From contig JAEEYY010000216.1 in NCBI GenBank assembly GCA_016288355.1, positions 1 through 32,309 of the forward strand: a stretch of 32,309 nucleotides of DNA, in the 5' to 3' direction. Made by a program: the position numbers and the translations under genes. The DNA comes from Synergistes sp. (GTDB lineage: Bacteria; Synergistota; Synergistia; Synergistales; Synergistaceae). Under the pieces are notes generated by a model. That model was not told the origin of the DNA, ran no database searches, and worked only from the letters and a program-made list of their open reading frames with translations. Shown piece by piece: positions 27,101 to 32,309 of this stretch. Positions within the stretch are counted from its first letter, which is position 1. Each line of letters starts with the position of its first letter.

Positions 27101-27217
27101 CTGGTCATACCGGTCGTCTATCTGATACTTGACGATATAATGGATAAAGTGCGCGGCAGGGTGCGCCGCTACAACGCATATATGAGACTCAGACGTCAGG
27201 GAGGAAGCGGCAGATGA
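24131..27217 (+). CDS. RND efflux permease (AcrB/AcrD/AcrF family)
   Basis: RRPV, FFPNEDQG, SLTLTP, QFESFIHP, RLRAILMTT, VIGGLFTSTMLTLLVIP; ATG 24131 follows GGGAG. Confidence 0.93.
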   Translation: MKITDISLRRPVTVLILTIATVVFGIYSYKNLGVERMPNVEFPIVVVRTNMDGASPAIIDNDVTDVLEARINTIEGIKNMSSSSYEGRSVIVIEFELDRNIDFAAADVRGKVSMATNRLPDDCDDPQVDKFDPSDRPIMNIAVKNDGRTDMKTLSRFVDKIVTERLQTVKGVGGVQLAGFRDREMRVWLRPRDLENYGLTTKDIKNAIYNKHVELPAGRVETGTREYGIRIEGEYSSAAEMEYLPVAVRKGAVIRLRDVARIEDGFEDKRSGSLYEGKPTIMVMVRKQKGANEVLLSRLVRERIKELNNIAPPGTQLVVASDNARFILSSMNGVFWDIVLSVCLTSVIMFLFLRTIRATFIAVITIPVCLLGSMSMLYWMGITINNMSMMGLSLAVGMVVDATTVVMENISRHKDSGKSAFRAAEDGAGEVAFAVLAGAATTLAVFVPVAFMGGMMGRFFNSFGVTVATTISISLIISLTLTPFLCSRLLGRSKAPSALQRAMETPFLWLEGRYRTALGFAVRHRLTVLLAAGALFALGVGIASTLGTEFFPNEDQGRLRVEVELPADTALEVTDQVTKDMVDMIQQDEAVAYTYGVVGSGAGQEVYKSNLNIELIDRKLRPRAPVIMKRLREKLMCFRDADIKMGTWGGSDITLVIQGPTSEALAELGELIKKDLAENSRGLVDITTDLQMNKPRINLALNRALADDLNISIRDLSDEMLTWFAGDKSGSFNDGGYRYDIVLRSENDGRNDPEKVMKTLITTKGGKTIPAEGIVRSSVGKAPNVIKRYNRQRSLQIGANVEGISPGDGIKIMEEVFRKYAPHDGTYSMVPAGDSEHMKESFGYMLTALIFAIVLVYIVMAIQFESFIHPFTVMFSLPLMTAGSFGLLALMGLRLSVMSFMGIILLVGVVVNNAILLVDFINQLRAAGDDKITAVLKAGPLRLRAILMTTVSTMVGSMPVALALSPGGEIRQPMSVAVIGGLFTSTMLTLLVIPVVYLILDDIMDKVRGRVRRYNAYMRLRRQGGSGR

Positions 27218-28512
27218 AGATAAACAGGGGTGTTTTTCTTGTATTTTCGTTTCTTGCCGCGCTCTGCACGGCGGCATATGCCGACAGTGCGCCGCTTGAT
27301 ATCAAGGAAGCGCTCAGGCTGACTTTAGAGAACAACGCCGAACTGAAGAGGCTGAGGCAGGATCTGGTAAAAGCCGACGCATTCAGGATAAAGGCCGACG
27401 GTACGCGGCTTCCAGCGATATCGGTGGCAGCTGTGGCCGATATACAGCGCGAGCCGCAGACGAGTGACGGCTCCGACAGGAGCGACAGCAGGGGCATCGC
27501 AGCCGCCCTCGAACAGGAGCTGTATACCGGAGGCAGAAACAGCGCTATCCGCGCACAGGCGCCGCAGGTAAAGACACTGGCAGACATGGCGGTGGCAGAC
27601 GCGGAAAACAGCGCGGCGGGCGAGCTTTACGCACTCTTTTACAACGTGTCTCTTAGGAAAAAGCAGATAGAGGCCGAGGAAGCGGCCGTTACCACATCAG
27701 AGATGCACCTGAAGCAGGTGCGGAAAATGCTGGAGCTCGGTCTTGCCAACAGGCTGGAAGAGATACGCGCGGGACAGCAGCTTGCCGGAAACATGGCCAA
27801 CCTTGCTACCGCGCACGGGCTCTTTGAAAGCTCGCTGATATCTCTGATGAACTATATGGGGATAGAGCCGAAGAACAGCCGCCCTGTTTCAGGCGACCTC
27901 TACGAGCCGGCCGAGCCGGAAGACAAGGCTGCGTCACTCGAACTGGCACAGCGCTTCCGTGCTGACAAAAAGCGTCTGGAAGAACAGATACGCTATCAGG
28001 AAAACCAGATAAAGATCGAAAGAAGCGCGATGCTGCCGAAGCTGACGGCGGGACTGTCGAGCGGCTGGACCAACCCGTACCGTCAGAGGGACGACAGTGG
28101 GGATAGCTGGCGCGCCGAGATATCCCTTGCTATCCCGGTGTTTGACAGAAACGTCTCCCGCAGCGCCGTCATCGCCGCAAAAGCCGTGCAGGAGCAGAAC
28201 AGGATAGCGCTTGAGCAGAAGGATCTTGATATAAAATCCGAGATCGAGACTGCATGGACTGATATAATAACGAGCCGCAAAAGTATGAGGGCACAGGAAA
28301 AAGCCCTTGAGCTCGCGAAGGAGACGCTGCGCCTCGCAGAGATAGGCTACCGCGAGGGCGTTACGCCGCAGCTCGATCTTCTTGACGCGCAGTCGGGGCT
28401 TACTCGCGCGCAGCTCGAGTATAACCGGGCGCTTTACAACTGTCTGATAGCTTCGGTCGCCCTTAAGGTGACGGAAGGCACGATCGTCTCATGGGATGGA
28501 GAGGAGCATTAA
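27214..28512 (+). CDS. TolC-family outer membrane efflux protein
   Basis: Signal peptide; duplicated OEP repeats (RLPAISV/MLPKLTA, YREGVTPQLDLLDAQ); ATGA overlap with the RND gene. Confidence 0.88.
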   Translation: MKINRGVFLVFSFLAALCTAAYADSAPLDIKEALRLTLENNAELKRLRQDLVKADAFRIKADGTRLPAISVAAVADIQREPQTSDGSDRSDSRGIAAALEQELYTGGRNSAIRAQAPQVKTLADMAVADAENSAAGELYALFYNVSLRKKQIEAEEAAVTTSEMHLKQVRKMLELGLANRLEEIRAGQQLAGNMANLATAHGLFESSLISLMNYMGIEPKNSRPVSGDLYEPAEPEDKAASLELAQRFRADKKRLEEQIRYQENQIKIERSAMLPKLTAGLSSGWTNPYRQRDDSGDSWRAEISLAIPVFDRNVSRSAVIAAKAVQEQNRIALEQKDLDIKSEIETAWTDIITSRKSMRAQEKALELAKETLRLAEIGYREGVTPQLDLLDAQSGLTRAQLEYNRALYNCLIASVALKVTEGTIVSWDGEEH

Positions 28513-28521
28513 ACAGCCGGC

Positions 28522-29685
28522 ATGAAAACTACTGGAAAAGTTATATTAACAGTTATAGCAATAGCGGCGGCAGCTGCGGCTGCGCGTTATTACAGCGGGC
28601 ACGGAAATCCCCTTGCGGCAAAAAAGGCCGAAACGAAACCGCAGATCGCAGCCGCTATAGTAAAAACCGAAAAAGCCGCGGCAGATAAAACGGTGTCGGA
28701 GAAGATCGTCCAGAGTATGTCGGTAGAGGCTGAAAAAAGGGTAAAGGTCCTGCCGCGCGTCACAGGCAGGCTTCTCTCCCTCTCAGTGAAGACCGGCGAC
28801 AGAGTCCGCCGCGGGCAGCAGGTGGGCGTGCTTGAACATGAACAGCAGGACGCGCTGATACTTTCCGCCGCGGCCCAGGCGGCGTCGGCGCGCGCGGACA
28901 GCGAGAAGGCAAAGGCGCAGATGCAGAACGCTAAAACGAACGTCGAACGCTACCGCAGGCTTGAAAAAGAGGGCTTCAGCACGAAGCAGCAGCTTGACGC
29001 GATGGAGACCGAGTATGTCAGCATGACGGCCGCCTACAGTGCGGCGCGCGCAAAAGAGCGGCAGTACGCCGCGGAATCGGCGCGCGTCGCCTCTGCAAAG
29101 GACGACTACATAATAAGGGCCCCGATGGACGGCGTGGTACTTGACGATTACAGTCTGACGGCAGGCGCTATGATCTCGCCTTCATCTCCGGTGCTTGACA
29201 TTGCGGATCCAGGACGCCTGAAGGCCACCATGAGGATCCCCGAATCAAAGATATTCGCGGTAAAGACCGGCATGCCGGTGCGCCTGCGCTTTGACGCGCT
29301 TCCCGGTGAAACGTTCGAGGGCAGAGTATCGAGGATAGACCAGTATGTAGACCCCGCGACGCGCACCAGCAGCGTTGAATTGTTCCTTGATAATGAAAAG
29401 CAGGCCGGCGGACGTCTGCGCCCCGGCATGTTCGGCGAAGCGGCAATAATCGAAAGAGAATACATTAACGCTGTGACAGTTCCCGAAGGCGCTCTTCACA
29501 GCGGCGACAGCGGTTTCTACATATTTCTCGTGAAAGACGGCAAAGCCGAGATGCGCGCTGTCAAAACGGGCGTCAAAGACGGCTCGCGCGTGCAGATAAC
29601 GGAAGGGCTCGCTCCCGGCGAAGAGGTGATCGTCTTCGGCGGCAACAACCTGACCGGCGGCGAAGAGGTCACCGTGAGGAACTGA
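28522..29685 (+). CDS. RND periplasmic adaptor (membrane fusion protein)
   Basis: N-terminal anchor, lipoyl halves (VKTGDRVRRGQ / IRAPMDGVV), VDPATRT, LRPGMF, GLAPGEEV. Confidence 0.92.
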   Translation: MKTTGKVILTVIAIAAAAAAARYYSGHGNPLAAKKAETKPQIAAAIVKTEKAAADKTVSEKIVQSMSVEAEKRVKVLPRVTGRLLSLSVKTGDRVRRGQQVGVLEHEQQDALILSAAAQAASARADSEKAKAQMQNAKTNVERYRRLEKEGFSTKQQLDAMETEYVSMTAAYSAARAKERQYAAESARVASAKDDYIIRAPMDGVVLDDYSLTAGAMISPSSPVLDIADPGRLKATMRIPESKIFAVKTGMPVRLRFDALPGETFEGRVSRIDQYVDPATRTSSVELFLDNEKQAGGRLRPGMFGEAAIIEREYINAVTVPEGALHSGDSGFYIFLVKDGKAEMRAVKTGVKDGSRVQITEGLAPGEEVIVFGGNNLTGGEEVTVRN

Positions 29686-29715
29686 CGCAGCCGTCCGGCT
29701 AAGATGCCGGTAAAC

Positions 29716-29755
29716 GAGACCGGCGTGCGCGGGAATCGTGCGGCGCCGGTTTTTT
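29716..29755 (+). terminator. Intrinsic terminator of the efflux operon
   Basis: ACCGGCG/CGCCGGT stem extended by TGCGCG/CGTGCG, followed by a T tract. Confidence 0.7.
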
Positions 29756-29790
29756 CATGCCTCGTAATATTGCTGTTATGCGGCTGCGCG

Positions 29791-31014
29791 CTACTGCCTT
29801 ACGCCGGACCCCGGCTCGAACATCAGAATAGCGTAAGGGATAGGACGTTCTCTGTCGCTTGCGTTGCTTGGCAGCGAAAAGGTCATCCCCCTCCACCAGA
29901 GCGAGCTTGAACCGCCCCCGTCAAGATTCAGCGCCGAAATAAATGAGAGCTGCGAGCAGAAAGTGCGCAGTTCCTCTATCGTCATGCCTACGCTGTGCAT
30001 GCTGTCCCTGCCGTCCACTACCCCCCAGAAGATACGCTTCCCGCTTGAGGCCACGAAGGTGCGCGGATGACGGAGATCCAGGACAGACGGGTGAATCTTT
30101 TCGGTATTCGGCGACGGGGCGCCGTCCTTGATCAGCAGCGGCCCCGCCTGAAGGACTTCTGTGAATTTGTCGAAGCGGTGATCGCCTGATATGCTTGCGG
30201 TGTACTTGCCGTCTATAAAAATATACTCCCCGTTCTCGTTCCATCCGAAAGCCGACCTGTTGGGCCAGAACTTAGCGCTGTCGGTATACCCCTGCCGCCG
30301 CAGCACCCCTATCGGCTTTGCGCCTGCAAAATATCCGCCGTTGATTCCGCCGATGACGCCGAAATTTTCCGCCGCTATCGTGGCAAGCGGCGCTTTGTTC
30401 GCGCCTACCATGACGGCCGTTGCGATCTGGCAGGGCACGTTTTTCATATCCACGGCAAGAAGCGCGGCAAATAGAGGTTCGTTTTTGCCGTTTTCGATGT
30501 CTCCGTTTGCGGGACCTTCAGGATCTCCTATCCCCCGTTTTATCATGATGAGTTCAGTGTCGTTATACGCGAAGGAGGCTTTCCAGCGGACATTTTCGCT
30601 GCATTTCTCAAGCCACTCCGACAGCGCTTTCGTCGTTTCCTCCTCCAGCGGTTCGTCAGGCCGTAAAACAAGCGCTTCCGGCGGCGCGGGGGACATGGTC
30701 CTCGCAATAAATGAAACACCCTCCGCTTCGGGCCATTCGGGCAGGATCCCTATCTGATCTATCGCCCTGATGACGAAGTCCCAGCCCATAGCTTCAAGAC
30801 AGAGCCGCATTGCGTCTTTGTGCGTCAGCGGACCTTCATAGCCGGAAAAATATTTCTGCGGCACGCTGTGCCCGAGCGCCTCAAAGACCGCCGGCTTCAG
30901 ATCTTCCGCAGTCACCGCGGCGGCAGGGGACGGACAAAATGCGGCAAAGAGCGCAAAGGTGAGCGCCGCGGTCAATATCCTGTTTATCATTATGTCTGCA
31001 AGAGATCTTTTCAT
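29791..31014 (-). CDS. Exported phosphodiester glycosidase (NAGPA/DUF2233 domain) protein
   Basis: INGGYF, AGPLLI, HPRT, VDGR, NLDGGGSS motifs; signal peptide. Start uncertain (31014 chosen; 30990 or 31053 possible). Confidence 0.82.
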   Translation of the reverse strand: MKRSLADIMINRILTAALTFALFAAFCPSPAAAVTAEDLKPAVFEALGHSVPQKYFSGYEGPLTHKDAMRLCLEAMGWDFVIRAIDQIGILPEWPEAEGVSFIARTMSPAPPEALVLRPDEPLEEETTKALSEWLEKCSENVRWKASFAYNDTELIMIKRGIGDPEGPANGDIENGKNEPLFAALLAVDMKNVPCQIATAVMVGANKAPLATIAAENFGVIGGINGGYFAGAKPIGVLRRQGYTDSAKFWPNRSAFGWNENGEYIFIDGKYTASISGDHRFDKFTEVLQAGPLLIKDGAPSPNTEKIHPSVLDLRHPRTFVASSGKRIFWGVVDGRDSMHSVGMTIEELRTFCSQLSFISALNLDGGGSSSLWWRGMTFSLPSNASDRERPIPYAILMFEPGSGVRQ

Positions 31015-31225
31015 ATCGATACCTGCTATATTTTCTCTTTTGATAAAGCGCATAAGCTGCTTCCCGCCATCAATTTTAACATTATAAGAAGCTTTGCGGA
31101 GGCGGGGCCCGTCTGACGAAAGGTTTAAATTATTATGTTTTTATCGTTGTTTTATCTGTTTTATAGGCGATTCGTATTAAATACGGAGATTTATGTTTAA
31201 ATACCTATAATTGTTAGAAAATATG

Positions 31226-31261
31226 CTGACATTTACACTACGTATGATAAAATGGTAAAAT
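31226..31261 (+). promoter_or_regulatory. Putative tandem extended -10 promoters for fhs
   Basis: CTGACA-16-TAAAAT and TTTACA-18-TAAAAT, each -10 preceded by TG-n. Confidence 0.45.
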
Positions 31262-31332
31262 AATTAATCGACAGGCAGTATTCAGTCTGGCGTATGTGAC
31301 TTTAACACAGAATTCAAGAGGAGTGTGGCAAG

Positions 31333-32309
31333 GTGTCTTATCTGAGCGATATCGAAATAGCGCAGCAGACCGAGATGGAACCGATAACGAAAGTAGCGGC
31401 AAAACTCGGAATAGAAGAGGACGATCTGGAACTGTATGGCAGATATAAGGCAAAAGTCAGCTTCGATCTCTGGGAAAAAATAAAAAACAACAAAGACGGC
31501 AAACTGATACTGGTCACGGCCATCACCCCGACGCCCGCCGGAGAGGGCAAAACGACGACTTCGGTCGGCCTTGCACAGGCCTTTGCGAAGCTGGGCAAAA
31601 AGGTTACGCTTGCGCTCCGCGAACCGTCGCTCGGTCCGGTATTCGGCATAAAAGGCGGCGCTGCCGGCGGCGGCTACAGCCAGGTGGTGCCGATGGAAGA
31701 CATAAACGTGCATTTCACCGGAGACTTCCATGCGATAACATCAGCGCACAATCTTCTTGCCGCTATGGTCGACAACTCGGTGCAGCAGGGCAATCCGCTG
31801 AATATAGACCCGCGCAGGATAGTTTTCAGGCGGGTGCTCGACATGAACGACAGGGCTCTCAGAAACATAGTGATAGGACTTGGCGGCAAGGCAAACGGAG
31901 TCCCGCGCGAATCGGGTTTCGACATTACCGTGGCGTCGGAAGTCATGGCTATCCTCTGCCTCTCAAGGGGGATAGAGGATCTTAAGGAGCGTCTGGGAAA
32001 CATTATTGTAGCCTACACCTTTGACGGCCGCGCGGTAACGGCAAGGGAGCTTGAGGCACAGGGAGCGATGGCGATGCTGCTGAAGGACGCGATCAAGCCG
32101 AACCTCGTACAGACGCTGGAACACGTCCCCGCCTTTATCCACGGCGGCCCGTTCGCGAACATCGCCCACGGCTGCAACAGCATAACGGCTACCAGATACG
32201 GCCTTAAGCTTGCCGACTACTTCATAACGGAAGCCGGATTTGCCGCAGACCTCGGCGCGGAAAAGTTCCTCGACATCAAGTGCCGCGTTGCGGGCTTAAA
32301 GCCGTCGGC
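31333..32309 (+). CDS. fhs: Formate--tetrahydrofolate ligase, 3'-truncated by the window edge (not in the ORF track)
   Basis: GTG start after AGAGGAG; [28 protein letters not shown]-loop, [34 protein letters not shown]; frame open to the end. Confidence 0.95.
   Translation, partial: MSYLSDIEIAQQTEMEPITKVAAKLGIEEDDLELYGRYKAKVSFDLWEKIKNNKDGKLILVTAITPTPAGEGKTTTSVGLAQAFAKLGKKVTLALREPSLGPVFGIKGGAAGGGYSQVVPMEDINVHFTGDFHAITSAHNLLAAMVDNSVQQGNPLNIDPRRIVFRRVLDMNDRALRNIVIGLGGKANGVPRESGFDITVASEVMAILCLSRGIEDLKERLGNIIVAYTFDGRAVTARELEAQGAMAMLLKDAIKPNLVQTLEHVPAFIHGGPFANIAHGCNSITATRYGLKLADYFITEAGFAADLGAEKFLDIKCRVAGLKPS

Noticed and set aside
24212-27277. Long minus-strand ORFs (496, 219 and 369 aa) inside the RND gene
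   Set aside because: Antisense shadows with no family motifs or convincing RBS.
29686-29788. CGCAGCCG/CGGCTGCG flanking the spacer as MITE terminal repeats
   Set aside because: Only 8 bp and GC-rich, with no target duplication and no second copy in the window.
31054-31332. Possible ZTP or THF riboswitch upstream of fhs
   Set aside because: The region is AT-rich with a short predicted leader and lacks the consensus elements.
31282-32169. Minus-strand ORFs at the right end
   Set aside because: They are antisense to fhs, which the ORF track omitted because it has no stop codon in the window.

Overview
Ordinary chromosomal window from a moderately GC-rich anaerobe. Gene content (Na+-pumping methylmalonyl-CoA decarboxylase, Fhs, clostridial-type ferredoxin, flavodiiron protein, TolC) suggests a diderm amino-acid fermenter such as Synergistaceae; this is inference, not a database result. 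From left to right: a partial alpha/beta hydrolase, an M23 peptidase and a NagZ-type GH3; an orphan ModD/NadC-like gene; azlCD; a minus-strand operon with split methylmalonyl-CoA mutase, epimerase and mmdA-D-C-B; fprA; a small membrane protein and nhaC; a 57-aa 2[4Fe-4S] ferredoxin missing from the ORF track; a tightly packed minus-strand cluster of malQ, two LtaS-family enzymes, a GT2, an LplT-like MFS and a class II aldolase; an RND-TolC-MFP efflux operon; a NAGPA-type phosphodiester glycosidase; and a partial fhs. I saw no mobile elements, CRISPR arrays, tRNAs or rRNAs. The best candidate for an undescribed system is the GT2 + lipid-flippase-like MFS + two Ser-nucleophile LtaS paralogues cluster. 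It looks like a phospho-substituted glycolipid/glycan (LTA-like) pathway in an apparently outer-membrane-bearing bacterium.
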